Shown here: positions 25,101 through 39,400 of the stretch, piece by piece
Position numbering within the stretch: position 1 is the stretch's first letter
How the letters are laid out: every line of letters starts with the position of its first letter
DNA from: Catajapyx aquilonaris
Lineage: Eukaryota
Length of the DNA stretch: 64,000 nt
Assembly: GCA_000934665.2 (NCBI GenBank)
Contig: KZ537992.1
Location: 1 to 64,000, forward strand
Direction: 5' to 3'
Notes under the pieces: generated by a model
What the model was told of the DNA's origin: nothing
The model's database searches: none
What the model saw: only the letters and a program-made list of their open reading frames with translations
Position numbers and translations under genes: made by a program

Positions 25101-25937
25101 ATAGTTGAACGTGTTGTCACTTGCAGGATGTGACTCCATGTTTTATATTTTTGGGCACATCCGTAAGTCATTCAGAAACCATTAATCATGGTGACAAAAG
25201 GTAACCACTTGTTACGCCAATCATCAAGCACAATGCTGTGAAAGTATTATTTGAGATGGCATAAAGACCATCTGTAGTGAAGGTATGATCGTGACACTGG
25301 GCATCATTAAGGTCGCATTTACTGTTCACATAATTATGAACGATTTGATCAGTGTGTTGCAGTGATGAGCAGTGATGAGCGATGCAACCTACAATTATTG
25401 TTGGTAAGGGAAAGGCAGTTGTTACTTTCGCCCGCAAACGATTGGTTTAATCACTCAGCGAATCACTCACATGTCAACGTGGACTAATTGTGATGGTTTG
25501 TGGCTGTGAGATAATTGATATCAGAGGTTTGTACGACTTTAAAAAGTTAAATAAACAAATAAATTAATTTTTGTACGTATTTTATTTGCATAACTATGTT
25601 CGAAAATACTCCCGCCAGAAAGGCCAGCTCAGTCCAACTGGTTCCGATGTTTGCTGCAAGGGGCCAGCAGCGTACACCCTGGCCACTCTCTCGCCATCTG
25701 TTGGCAGGAATGTGAGCTGCAAGACAAAGCAAATTCGGACGAGGCCAGGGGGAAGCCCGTTGCTCGCTTGCTCCATTCGGACTGTCCCAACATGGCCGAT
25801 GAATGAGAAGCCTTCTCTTCTTCTCCTCGTCCTCTTCTCCTCTGGTTGGGAAAAGGAAGAAGAACCGCCTCGGATCCTATCCTGTTCCCTCCTGGGATCT
25901 GGGGAGACCAGAAGGACTGGAGGAGGAACAACAGGCC

Positions 25938-28900
25938 ATGTCCACTCGGGAGGAGGAGGAGGGTCCGACCTCCAGCGCCCTGCACGAGTGTCGCTGCTGC
26001 CTCCAGACATTCCCCACCCACCTGGAGCTCCTGGTGCACAGCTTCACACACAGCAGGGGGGACCTGGTCAGGAGGAATGCAGAAGAGAAGGAGAAAGAGA
26101 AGGACGAGCCTGGCCATGGACCAAGAGAGGTTGATGGGGGAACTGAAGTACAAGTGAAGGAGGAGGAGGATGGAGGGGGACTGGAGACGGACATCAAAGT
26201 GGAGGTTGGCCACACTTGGCATGGGTTGTTTGACTTGCGTCTCGAAGTGTGAGTTAGCCTGTAGCCTGGGGGCCTTGACCCTTGTAGACGTTCCAACGAC
26301 TGTCATTCCGGAGCTACCGGCGAACAAAGCGTGGGACTGTTTTGACCGGATAATTTTGTGTATGTGTTGCACCTTCAGATTGTTATTTTTTTATTTTTAA
26401 AAATTATACCAGAGCCTGCTGCGTAGAACTGATGCAGTGATGGGGGTATAGTGCGCTGCCCCCTTGGTTATATACCATTTGGTTCACTCACATTTTGCGA
26501 ATCACATCTAGCCTTTTCTCTCACTGACTTTGAGAGTGTCACAACGAAACATAAAATTTCACGCTGCTCTCTGCTTATAAACAGCTCCTAATTATATAAT
26601 GACTAAAATATAATACTCTCATTTTGTGACTGCGAAGTAAGTTAGTCGATGGTGACAGCATATGTCAAATGTGTCTTATATTATTTTATTTTGTTTCCGA
26701 TTCCGGTTATACAATATTTAAATGTTCTTCCCAAATTCACCTGACTGTCGTTTGTGGACGTTACTTCCAGTCCGCACTCCACATCTGCCATGGGGATCTG
26801 ATCTGGATCGGGAAACAAAGCTGCAGACACTAAAAATCGATATTGTTTCATATATCAATCCGCATATTTACCTTTCCCTAAAAATAAGTAGCTCAAAATT
26901 GAACCACTTCAACCTCTCCTCGACCAAAGGGGAGAGCTTGTGATGGGTGATGTTTCAAGAACCCGACCGTTATACAGTACAACCACAGGGGCAGCGCACT
27001 ATATCCCATCACAGCAACAGTTCTATGCAGCAGACTCTGATATCATTTTTTTAAATAATTATGATCTGATGGTGCAACACATACACGAAATTATCCGGTC
27101 AAAACAGTCCCACGCTTTGTTTGCCAGTAGTTCCGGAATGACCGTTGTTGGAACATGGGCAAGGATCAAGGCTCCCAGGCTACAGGCTAATTCACGGTTC
27201 GAGACGCAAGTGTTGTTTGGGGGATTGGGGGCTTTGGAAATGGTGTCTATGGACACCCTTCTGATCATTCGAATTGTTGTCTTCAGGAGGAAGGACCAGC
27301 TCTGTGGCCATGCCACGTCAAAGTAGAGGGAGGTCAGGATGGGGCAACTGACGATGGCCTTGAAACGCCTGGGGATTCACCAGTGCAGAGTAGCAACTCA
27401 GAGACAGAGGACGATAACACCAACAAAGCACCTGCAGTAAGTAAAGCGGCATTAACATGAGAGCCATTTGACAAGCGAAATCGTCGGTGAGGCTGATATT
27501 AACAATAGATTTTCGCGAGCTCACACACCTGGACCATATTCCTAATACACTTTGGTCAAGAACCCACGGAAACGATTTTCTAGATCATTTGGTAACCCTC
27601 TCGTAAAGTAGAGTTCAGCATTACATATCAATTTTTTTTTTACATATCATGAAAGAAATTAGTACACTTTATCTCATAGGGTGCTGATGGATTTGGGGAA
27701 TCACTCAGTCATTACTTCAACTGTATGATTATGACTAACAGCGTCATTTTTCAGGAGCAACAACCAGTCTATCATGCCATCAAAAATGAAATTCCTTCAT
27801 GCTACTTTGTGCAAGGGGTGAGTCGCACTTTTGGTTGCAGCAAAGTGATGCCATGACATCATGCAGTATATGATAATTATTGTGATTTAAATTGCAGGTG
27901 GAACTGAGGCGCTTCTCAATTGCGGTGGATCCCATTGTCTTTTGCCCAAAATGCTCCAAGCAATTTGTGACGAAGCAGGAATTGAAGGAGCACGAGAAAG
28001 AAGAGTGCACAGGAAGTAATGAGCTGGAAGAGGTGAGGATCGATTTACCAAGCATGGATTGGATTAGGAATTAATATTTACGTATATCGAAATAGACAGG
28101 TAGGCCCTGTACCTGCTGGTAATTATTCTTGTCATTTTTATTTTTACCGAGAGTTGATTTCTTTCGTAACATTCTTGTCTCTCTGTGGAACAACCATGAA
28201 ACTCTTGGTGGAAGAAAGTAGTATTTACTGATGACATTCTGATATGAATTAATTCCATCATTTTTCAGGATCGTGCATCGACAAGTAAGAAGGTCAAGGA
28301 GACGGAGAAACAGTTACTAGCTTGTGACCACTGTGGGAAAGTATTTTCACAGAAGAGCCATCTCAATACGCATGTTCATTCACGGACCTGCCAGAAGTCA
28401 GAGGAATCCTTCAAGTGTGAACACTGTGGGAGAGTATTTCCAAAGAAGAACAGTTACGTTTTACATGATCGTTCAGGGAAATGTCGCAAGTCACCACTAA
28501 CTTGTGATGATTGTGGGAAAACCTTTGCCAGGGTGAATCTTTTAAAGCTTCACAGGAAAGTGCATGCCAAAGTGGAATGTGAACACTGTGGGAAAGTGTT
28601 TTCACATAAGAGCCATCTCAATAGGCATGTTCAGGCACAGATATGTAAAAAGTCATTAACAAAGGTATCTTTCAAATGTGAACACTGTGGGAGAGTATTT
28701 CTAAATAAGGGCAGTTTTGTTTCACATGATCGTGCAGGGAAATGTCGCAAGTCTTTCACTTGTGATCAGTGCAACAAATCATTTCGCGACCAGTGGAGCC
28801 TCTCTTACCATATGGCAGTTCACTCTGATGACAAGCCCTTCAAGTGTGACAGGTGCAGTAAGTCTTTCAAATATCTTGGCTCATTGAGATATCATCAGAA

Positions 28901-29999
28901 GCACCATAGAGGGAAACTCTTGATAAAACTACTTGGAGATGGAATAGATGATAGTTTTGATGATCGTGAAAGTTCTGTCCAATCTTGCAGTACTAATACA
29001 AGTGCATCTCCCCGCTGCCCGTTTTGTGCAAAAATGATGGAATCTAGGGGTGCCTTGCTTAATCATGTAAGGTTTTCCCATGCCAACTACAAGCTACATA
29101 TTTGCGAATTATGTGACAAGATATTGAAGTCTAAGTATCAATTGATTCTCCACAAGAATCGAGCCCACAATATTGGGGAAAAGTACCCCTGCAAATCTTG
29201 TGGTAAGATTTGCCTTTTCAAATCTCAACTTGCTATACACGAGCGTAGTCACACTGGTGAGAAGCCAATCAAGTGCAGCCTGTGTTCAAAGCGCTTGCGT
29301 TCAAAGAGGTCGCTGCGGTATCACAAGGTACTGCTCCATTCTGATGAGACTCCTTTCATTTGTGGGAAATGTGGAAGGGGATTCAAACTGAGGGAACAGC
29401 TGAAGTATCACATGAAAGCACATGAAAGTGGCATACATTACGAAGACAGGAAGCAGCATCCGTGCAAAGACTGCCCAAGAGTGTTATCTAGTAAACACGG
29501 TTTGCAGGATCATATGAGAAGTTTTCATGGGGCAGACATGTCCCAGCACAGTTGCCCTGATTGCTCACGTAAATTTCCCAGCCGACCGACTCTAATTCGT
29601 CACAGACGAATGTTTCATGGTTACAAAACGAAGGGACATAAGGAACACGAGTGTTCCATTTGCCATCATGTGCTCCCTTCAAAGATAATTCTTGACATTC
29701 ACATCAGGCGTCACACGGGAGAGAGACCATTCAGATGCACTGATTGTGGGAAAGGTTTTATATCTCGAAGATTTCTTACTAGACACATGCAAGTGCATGC
29801 TTCTGAACACAGTTGCCCATATTGTTCATATAAAAGTGCTAAGAGATCTGTTCTACAACACCACATACAAGAGTTGCATTCGGATGCAAAGCATTTTGAA
29901 TGCAATTGGTGTGGGAGTGTACTCAAAGAACGTAAGGGTCTTGTGCAGCATTTACAGACATGCCAGGTTGAAAATGATGAAAAAAATGTTGTTACTTAA
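25938..29999 (+). CDS. Poly-C2H2 zinc-finger gene copy 6 (about 781 aa)
   Basis: Exons 25938-26204, 27287-27436, 27755-27817, 27898-28032 and 28269-29999. Intron 1 is enlarged by a 979-bp TIR element. Exon 5 has extra N-terminal fingers. Confidence 0.86.
26233..27211. mobile_element. 979-bp non-autonomous element with about 240-bp TIRs and an 8-bp TSD
   Basis: acttgcgtctcgaa ... ttcgagacgcaagt, flanked by gttgtttg at 26225-26232 and 27212-27219. The empty site is present in the paralogous introns. Confidence 0.9.
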
Positions 30000-30664
30000 A
30001 AATGGTTGGATGTGTTGTCAATTCAAGATTGTGTTTACGTCGTGTTATTAGTTATGCAGAAAAACATTGGCAGTATTGCATCAAATGCTGCTGTTGTCTT
30101 GCTCTGTCCGGCAGTCTTTTTAAATACCGTGTCTACAAGTATGTACTGAATACCTCGCTAAGTAAAAACAATAGTTTCTAACACCGTCAGTATTCCTGTA
30201 CTCTTTCCTCATTATTATTAACAGATTGGGAGGGTTCAAGTATTGCAGAGAACTACTTCAGCAAGATGCGCCATAATCACAAACCGAATTTTTCCAAATT
30301 CATTCAGATCGATTCAGATGGACCAAACAGTGTTGATTTCGAGTCCAAAATATTGCCGCCAAAATGTACAACTAGTCCCGATGTTTGCTGCAAGGTGGCA
30401 GCCACCACCCGGACCACCCTCGCCATCTGTTGGCAGTAATGTGAACTGCCATAAAAAGCATATTCGGACGAGGCCAGGGGAATCCGAAAGCCGTTGCTCT
30501 ATTCGGACTGTCCCAACATGGCCGATGAATGAGAAGCCTTCTCTTCTTCTCCTCGTCCTCTTCTCCTCTGGTTGGGAAAAGGAAGAAGAAGGGGGCCTCG
30601 GATCCTATCCTGTTCCCTCTTGGGGGATCTGGTGAGGCCAGGGCTGGAAGAGGAACAACAGGCC

Positions 30665-33600
30665 ATGTCCACTCGGGAGGAGGAGGAGGATCCGACCTCC
30701 AGCTGCACCCTGCACGAGTGTCGCTGCTGCCTCCAGACATTCCCCACGCACCTGGAGCTCCTGGTGCACAGCTTCACACACAGCAGGTGGGACCTGGTCA
30801 GGAGGAATGCAGGAGAGGAGGAGAAAGAGAAGGATGGGCCTGGCCATGGACCAGGAGAGGTTGATGGGGGAACTGCAGTACAAGTGAAGGAGGAACAAGG
30901 AGGACTGGAGGATGGAGAGGGACTGGAGGTGGACATCAAAGTGGAGGTTGGCCCCCACTTGGCATGGTTGTTTGGGAAGGGGGATTGGGGGCATTGGAAA
31001 TGGTGGCCATGAACTCTTTTTAATTATTCGAATTGTTCTTCAGGAGGAAGGCCCAGCTCTGTGGCCATGCCACGTCAAAGGAGGAGGAAGTCAGGATGGG
31101 GCAACTGAACCTGGGGATGGACTTGTGGAGAGCGAAGGCCTTGAAACGCCTGTCGACTCACCATTGCAGAGTATCAAGTCAGAAGAAGAGGAGAAGGTTA
31201 TGGTAGAAGCACCTGTAGTGAGTTAACTGATGAATTTGAGCAGTTGGAGGGGAAATAAAAATTGACCACTTTCCCGTTGTGCGGCTGTAGCGCCCGGCCT
31301 TCCATCGAAATGGCATTGTTATGCTATCATCCCGCGTGAATCTCGTATACCTGCCCATAGTAAATTGGCTCCGCTTGTCTGCTTCTGGTGGCCTGGCCCT
31401 AGGACTCATCATCATCATCATCATCATCTTCACGGCGTTTCCCAACAGATATGGAGTTGCCAGCGAATATTAAGGAGGATGTCCATAATATTTTAACATG
31501 ACCAAATACATATACAAAAAATAATATCTGAAGCCTGGTCAGGTACTCGCAGATAATGGGGGGGGGGGGNGGGGGGGGAGGGGGGGGGGGGGGGGGGGGG
31601 GGCGCGCGCGCGGCTACAAAAGATTGCCGACAGGACAGGCTATGCTGGGAGGTTGACTTTGGCAGTGTCCCAGGTGACATCCACCAACAAAGGACGGGCG
31701 AGGCAGGAGTACCATCTCATTTCTGAGTTGCTGGCACCACCAGACCGCATCCCGTCGCCTTGCATGGGACGAAGAAGGGCAGCACATCATCTCCAAAATA
31801 AATTCCCAGCAAGATCTACCCCTGGGCCAAACCACCAGACGCGGACAAGAACAGCCCTGACAGTAATGAGAAAAGCGTGGTCACCACTCGCAAAATAACT
31901 GCCCAGGCAATCCGCCCCAGGGCTGAGTCAATTCAGGCAGGTCCCTGGTCACTCAATAAAAAAAAATCTCAACAGGATCTGCCCCGGGGACAGGCCACTA
32001 GACTCGGACAAGCGGAGCCGATTTACTATGGACCGGTATACGAGATTCACGCGGGATGATAGCATAACGATGCCATTTGGATGGCAGCCCAACCTTCTCG
32101 GCTTGAGGCACGGAACTGGAAAGTGGTCAATTGCAGCATGGTATTGGTTCATTTTTTGTGATGTGTAAATGAGCACTTTCATGAGGCAAAAATGAGTGGA
32201 ATTTACTAATGTGCTGAAGGATATGGGGAATCATTAATAAATGTACTTGTATAAGATTATAACCTGAACCGTTCATGTGTACTGACAGCATCATTTTTCA
32301 GGAGCAAATTCTCTGCTATCCTGGCATCAAAAATGAAATTCTTCCGGCATACTACACTGTGCAAGGGGTGAGCCACATTTTGGGTTGCAGTGTGATTTGA
32401 TGCCAATGCAATATTATGCAGTTAATGACAATGTACTTTAAATTGCAGGTGGAACTGCGGCACTTCTCTATTGCTGTGGATCCCATTGTATTTTGCCCAA
32501 AATGCTTCAAGACATTTGTGACAAAGCGGAAATTGAAGGAGCATGAGAGAGTAGAGCATACAGGAAGAAATGAACTGGAGAAGGTGAGGATCAATATTAT
32601 CAAGCATTGATTGGTTTAGGAATGAATACATGTGGCCAGTCCTTATAGTTACTAGTCCGTGGTTGCAACGTATGAGGTTCTCCTCTCGTTATATGCGGTG
32701 CTTTGTGGCAGGGTGTATTGGTGTATACATGGCTTCAAAATTCATGGGGCATATTTTTTAAATTTTAAAAATGGTAACACATACATAGATAACCTTTGCT
32801 AAGTTTTGAAGCTCCATCTGTAATGATATTGATATATATACAGGGTGGTCAGTAAATTGCGCACATGCTTGAGGTAGCGACATTCCTTCTGAAAAACCAG
32901 TATATGGACGTGAATGTCCAATTGCTCTACAAATTGGGTGCTTATCGCTCACGAGGCCTACGAAAGTTGGAGCCAAACCATGATATCATATCCGCGCATG
33001 AAATTCAAACACTGCCCTATCGCTACTGTATGCCGTGCATTGCCATGTGTTGCCATGCCACCGCCCCCCACATGTGTGGCATGGCAACACCTGGCAATAT
33101 CTGACACCCTGAGTTGTAAAAGTTGAATTGACTGACAATAACCTGATATGATTTCCATCTTTTCCAGTATCGTGCATTGCCAAGAAAGAGCAGGAAGGAG
33201 AAAGGGAAGCTGTTACATGCTTGCAATGGCTGTGGGAAAACCTTTGGCAATTTAACGTACTTAAAGCAGCACAGGAAGGAGCATGCCAAGGATGAATCTC
33301 TCAAGTGTGAACACTGTGGGAAAGTATTTTCAAGCTGGGGGTCTCTCAGTAGGCATGTTCGTGCACAGACATGCCAAAAGTCATTAACTTGTGACCAGTG
33401 CAACAAATCATTTCGTACTCACCACCATCTGTCTAGGCATATGTCAGTTCACTCTGATGACAGGCCTTTCAAGTGTGACCTGTGCAGTAAGTGCTTCAAA
33501 TATCCTCATAATTTGAAAGACCATCAGAACGTCCATACAGGGCAAGGTTTGAAAGAAGCACTCAATGAAATAATTGGTGATGGAATAGGTGATAATAATG

Positions 33601-34904
33601 GGGAAGGTGAAAACTCTCTACTTTCTAGGAAGGGTACAGAGGGATCTATATGCTGTCCATTTTGTACAAAATGTCTGAAAAGCAAGCAGAGCTTCATTAG
33701 ACATGTAAGCTTTTCCCACGTTCATGACAAGGTATACACTTGTGCACTATGTGCAGAAAATTTTTTCTCTTTGTATCGTTTGCATGACCACAAGAAGCTA
33801 GCCCATAGCATTGGGAATGTGTACAAGTGCAAATATTGTGGTAAAATTCGAACTAGCACATCCTCTCTTGCTAGACATGAGCGTAGTCACACGGGTGAGA
33901 AGCCATTCAAGTGCAGCCTTTGTTCAAAGAGCTTGAGTTCAAATAGGTCGCTTCAGCGCCACAAGCTAATGGTGCATTCTGATGAGACTCCTTTCATTTG
34001 TGATAAATGTGGGAAGGGGTTCAAATTGGGGCAAGGTCTGAAAAATCATATGAAAGTACACGAAGGTGGGGCACAACACAAAGACAGGGAGCAGCATGCT
34101 TGCAAGCATTGCCCTAAAGTCTTAGCTAGTAAATATGGTTTGCAGGATCACATGAGAAGTTTTCATGGGGCAGACATGTCCCAGCGCAGTTGCCCCGATT
34201 GCTCATGTAAATGTGCAAGCAGGTCGACTCTACTTGATCACAGAAAAAAGTTTCATGGGTACAGAACAATGAGATACAATGAACACAAATGTTCTGTTTG
34301 CCATCTTGTACTCTCTTCTAAGAGCAAGTTTGACATTCATATGAGGCGTCACAATGGAGAGAGACCATTCAGGTGCACCGAATGCGGCAAAGGTTTTATT
34401 TGCCATAAATATCTTGCTAAACACAAGCGTGAGGTGTGTGAGCATGCTTCACAACACAGTTGCCCCGATTGCTCATATAAAAGTGCTCACAGATCAGCTC
34501 TACAACTCCATAGGAAAAGGTTACATGGTTATGGGAATAATGAGGAATATGAATGTTCGATATGCCATTTTGTGCTCTTGTCTAAGAGAATGCTTCACAA
34601 TCACATGTTACAACATCGCACAGGAGCAAAACCGTTCCGGTGTACTGAATGTTGTGAGGGTTTTATTTTTCGTCATCATTTCCATCAACACATGATGACA
34701 CATGGGCAGGGAAGCTTCAGCATGTGCAGCATTTGCTCCAAGAGTTTTAGTTCTCCTGCAAATTTGAAGAATCATAAATGTGAACAGTCAGATGAGAAGC
34801 AATATGAATGTAATTGGTGCGGAAAGGTTCTCAAGACACGTAAGTCTCTTGTAAGTCATTTGCAGATATGCCAGGTTGAACATGGGGAAAGTATTCCTGC
34901 TTGA
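30665..34904 (+). CDS. Poly-C2H2 zinc-finger gene copy 7 (about 797 aa)
   Basis: Exons 30665-30946, 31044-31217, 32302-32367, 32449-32583 and 33168-34904. Intron 2 spans a poly-G/N join, but paralogous intron sequence continues on both sides of it. Confidence 0.84.
31558..31602. other. Poly-G run with N (probable assembly join or sequencing artefact); a second one lies at about 55969-55998
   Basis: N at 31570 and N at 55990, each embedded in a G homopolymer. Confidence 0.8.
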
Positions 34905-35530
34905 ATAGTTGAATGTGTTGTCACTTGCAGGATGTGCCTCCACACTTTATATTTTTGGACACATTGTAAGTCATGCAGAAATCATTAATCATGGTGACAA
35001 AGGGTAAACCACTTATTACGGCAATCATCAAGCACAATGCTGTGAAAGTATTATTTGAGATTGCATAAAGACCATCTGTAGTGAAAGGATGAACATGACA
35101 TTCACGCCCAAGTTCACCTGCAACACTGGGCATCATTAAGGTCGCATTTACTGTTCACATAATTATGAACGATTTTATCAGTGTGTTGCAGTGATGAGCA
35201 TTGCTGAGCGATGCAGCCTATAATCGTTAGGAAGGGAAACACGGTTGTTACTTTCGCACGCAAACTTTTGGTTTAATCACTCAGCGAATCACTCACATGT
35301 CAACGTGGACTAATTGTGATGGTTTGTGGCAATGAGATCATTGAAATCAGGGGTTTGTACGCCTTTAAAAAATTAAATAAACATTAATTAATTTTTGTGA
35401 GTATTTTATTAGCGTTAGTCCCATTGCTTCATTCTCTAAAGTATTGTTTCAGAGTTTATCCAGGTGAGATTTGCATCCTAAGAATAATTGTGATTTAAAA
35501 ACCTGCAAACAAATAAATATCTAATATGTG

Positions 35531-35990
35531 CCATTAATTCCTTCATGTTGGCATTCAATTCGCTGTTCTACAAGCCTGCAACTTGGGGATGCTCACTCTG
35601 GTACGGCTCATGCCCAGGGATGGAACTGTTGAGTGTATGCTGGTTGTCATTTCTTCAAAACCTTGCAGCATATGTAACGTTGACCGTCTTGTGGCCCTAC
35701 CAGGCACGGTACGTGCCCCGTGCGAGATAATCGTAGTTGATTGCGGAGCTAGGCGCTTATTGTGAGTTTTGAATCCGCAACATTTACTGTCCGTCTTGTG
35801 TCGCCGCAGGCCAATGAACGTTATTGTGGTATTTCCAGAGCCACCTCACGCAACACCCACACAGTACATCTATGCCTCTCTTCCATCAACATACCTGCCT
35901 GGCTGCAGCCCTTCTCTTGAAATGGGTTACGGTTTTTCTAATTCCAGTCAGAAGTGTTTGTGCAATCTGAAGCCAGTTGCCAACAATTCG
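35531..35990 (-). pseudogene. Degenerate, internally deleted fragment of the ZBED-like gene
   Basis: 35531-35557 matches 48303-48329 (ccattaattccttcatgttggcattca). 35571-35685 aligns to about 49077-49185. 35950-35988 aligns to about 49313-49351. Confidence 0.8.
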
Positions 35991-36140
35991 AGTCTTGCAG
36001 GGTGCAGTACTTCAGCTAAGGTAACAGCTAATTGTACGGAAGACGGGAAGAGATCATCTGCGCAATTATTATTTGTCGCGGACTCTGTTCGAAAATACTG
36101 CCGCCGGAAAGGCCACATCGGTCCAACAGGTTCCGACGTT

Positions 36141-36191
36141 GGCCGCGAGGTGGCAGCCACCACCCGGGCCACTCTCTCGCTATCTGTTGGC
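36141..36191. promoter_or_regulatory. Pair of convergent CTCF-like motifs, conserved upstream of most ZNF copies
   Basis: ggccgcgaggtggcag (+) and the reverse complement gccaacagat(a/g)gcga (-). Equivalents at about 15333-15383, 20662-20713, 30386-30433 and 42432-42482; partial at about 10663 and 25688. Confidence 0.45.
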
Positions 36192-36406
36192 AGGAATGTG
36201 AACTGCCACACTGGGCATATTCGGACGAGGCCGCCAGGGGGAAGCCGTTGCTCAATTCGGACTGGCCCAACATGGCCGAATGAGAAGCTTCTCTTCTCGT
36301 CCTCTTCTCCTCTGGTTGGGAAAAGGAAGAAGAAGGGTGCCTCGGATCCTATCCTGTTCCCTTTTGGGGGATTTGGTGGAGGCCAGGGCTGGAGGAGGAA
36401 CAGGCC

Positions 36407-39400
36407 ATGGCCACTCGGGAGGAGGAGGAGGGCCCGACCTCCAGCTGTACCCTGCACGAGTGTCGCTGCTGCCTCCAGACATTCCCCACGCACCTGGAGC
36501 TCCTGGTGCACAGCTTCACCCACAGCAGGTGGGACCTGGTCAGGAGGAATGCAGAAGAGAAGGAGGATGGACCAGGAGATGGTGGCCAGGTGAAGGAGGA
36601 AGAAGGAGGAGGACTGGAGATGGACATCAAAGTGGAGGTTGGCCCCCACTTGGCATGGGTTGTTTGGGGAGGGGGATTGGGGGCATTGGAAATGGTGGCC
36701 ATGGACACCCTCCTGATCATTCGAATAATTGTTGTCTTCTTCAGGAGGAAGGACCAGCTCTGTGGCAATACCACGTCAAGGGAGAAGCACAGGATGGGGC
36801 GACTGAACCTGGGGATGGACTTGTGGAGAGCGAAGGCCTTGAAACGCCTGTCGACTCACCATTGCAGAGTATCAAGTCAGAAGAAGAGGAGAAGGTTATG
36901 GTAGAAGCACCTGTAGTGAGTTAACTGATGAATTTGAGCAGTTGGAGGGGAAATAAAAATTGACCACTTTCCCGTTGTGCACGTGTAGCGGCAGGCCTTC
37001 CATCAAATGGCGTCGGTATGCAATCATCCCGCATGAATCTTGTATACCTGTCCATTGTAAATTGGCTCCGTTTGTCCGCTTCTGGTGGCCTGGCCCCGGG
37101 ACAGATCATCTGCAAAATAAATTCCCAGCAGGATCTACCCCATGGCCAAACCACCAGGCGCGGACAAGAACAGCCCTGATTGTAATGAGAAACTCACAAA
37201 ATAACTGCCCGGGCAATCCGCCCCGGGGCTGAGCCAATTCGGGCACGTGTTAAGGGAAGGGCAAGTTCCTGGTCACTCCAAAAAAAAAAGTCTCAACAGG
37301 ATCTGCCCCGGGGACAAGCCACTAGACGCGGACAAGCGGAGCCAATTTACTATGGGCCGGTATACGAGATTCCCGCGGGATGATAGCATAACTTTCCCAT
37401 TTTGATGGCAACCCAACTTTCTCCTCTTCAGGAACGGAACTGGAAAGTGATCAATTGCAGCATGGTATTGGTTAATTTTTTGTGATGTGTAAATGATCAC
37501 TTTCATGAGGACAAAATGAGTGGAATTTACTAGGGTGCTAAAGGATTTGGGGAATAATTCGTAAGTGTACTTGTATAAGATCCGTACATGTGTACTGACA
37601 GCATCATTTTTCAGGAGCAAATTTTCTGCTATCCTGGCATCAAAAATGAAATTCTTTCGGCATACTACACTGTGCAAGGGGTGAGTCACATTTTGGGTTG
37701 AAGTGTGATTTGATGCAATGCAATATAATTATATTATGCAGTTAATGACAATGTAATTTAAATTGCAGATAGAACTGAGGCACTTCTCTATTGTGGTGGA
37801 TCCCATTGTATTTTGCCCAAAATGCTTCAAGACATTTGTGACAAAGCGGGAATTGAAGGAGCATGAGAGAGAAGCGCATTTGGGAGGAAATGTACTGGAA
37901 AAGGCGAGGATCAATATTTACCTATTGTGGATTGTTATTATTAGGGATAAAATGTGGAGTGACCAATCAAAACGCAACATCCACCAACTAAGCCATTTCG
38001 AGATATTCAACAAAAACCGATTGCCCCCAAATGGAATGCGACCAAGAAACAAAATGTGCAGTACATTATGCCCATATGCAGAGGTGGTTAATGGTGTATG
38101 TTAATGAAATCAGGTATTGTCTAGTCACGAGAAAATAATTAATCAAAATTTGACTTATTGCGTTTTGATTGGACACGTGTGTCAGATGTTGCGTTTTGAT
38201 CGATCATTATCATTGGCCGTATTATTAAACTGTGAAAAATTTTTAGTTTCTTCTATCAGCAGGGAGCATGATACCATATCCTTGACATTAATTATTATCT
38301 AAACACAATGCTAATCATGAGAACATTATTAGCAATTTAAAAAAAAAATTTATTACTTATACACCCTTTGGGGTTGGAGCGAGTCGATGAGAACAACATA
38401 CGTACTACTGTAGTACTGTGTGGGTTGGTTAGCTTACTCTATGGGGTTGGTAAGATGTCTGCGGCCATTTGTAACAGTTGCGGATCGCACTCTCCCATTG
38501 GCTGCTTGGCGCATGTTGCGTTTTGAAGTAGCCCGTATGGGTCACATATTGAAGCAACACTCCATTTTCCAGACCTTATAACACGGTAGATATTGCATTT
38601 AGAGATGTTACAATCTAACACGTAGACCCGAACTCGATTTTGAAAACTTTGGCGCTTGTTGCGTTTTGATTGGTCACTCCACAATTGTAATTGAGGTGGG
38701 CCTACTTTTCAAATTAGTGAGGTAATGACTCATACCCACAATAATCCACTCTGCTCTTTTGCACCTGCAGAGCCTGTTTCCTCCCCCTTGAAACACATAA
38801 TTAGCAGGTAGGCCCTCTGTTTTAGAAACCTTCATTTCGAGAAAGTTCACATCACCTTTTCAGAATTACCTGGTTTGAAATTTTTTTAAAGGAAAAAAAT
38901 AGCAAAATATGATATCATGAGCGTATTGTTGCAACATATGAGATTCTTCTCTTGTTATATGTGGTGCATTGTTGCAGGGTGTATTGGTATATGTGGCTTC
39001 AAAATTCACGGGGCGTATTTTTTGAATTTTAAAAGTGGTAACACATACAGAGATAACCTTTGCTAACAAGGGAAGGTCACGGGGTGATAATGACAGATCT
39101 TGATGAAATTTAACATTCTAATACAGGACAATAATATATGATACCCAAAAATAAAATATTTCGTGCGGAACCCCATATTTGCACAAGTTATGACATCTTA
39201 ATGTTCCAAAAATAATATACATTTTCATTCATAATGGGATTACATTAGCGACCACATATAATGACATTGAAGTGTGTAATCAGTTTCTACACTGTGTCTC
39301 ATTGGAAAAAAGGCCTACAGAACGGGTTTGTCCGTCCGTCCGTCTGTGGACAGGTGTCAAGGCCTAAACCGTAAGAGATACAGAGCCGTTATGTAGGACT

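Noticed and set aside
31558..31602. G-quadruplex or functional poly-G tract (also about 55969-55998)
   Set aside because: Each run contains an N and looks like a contig join or sequencing artefact.
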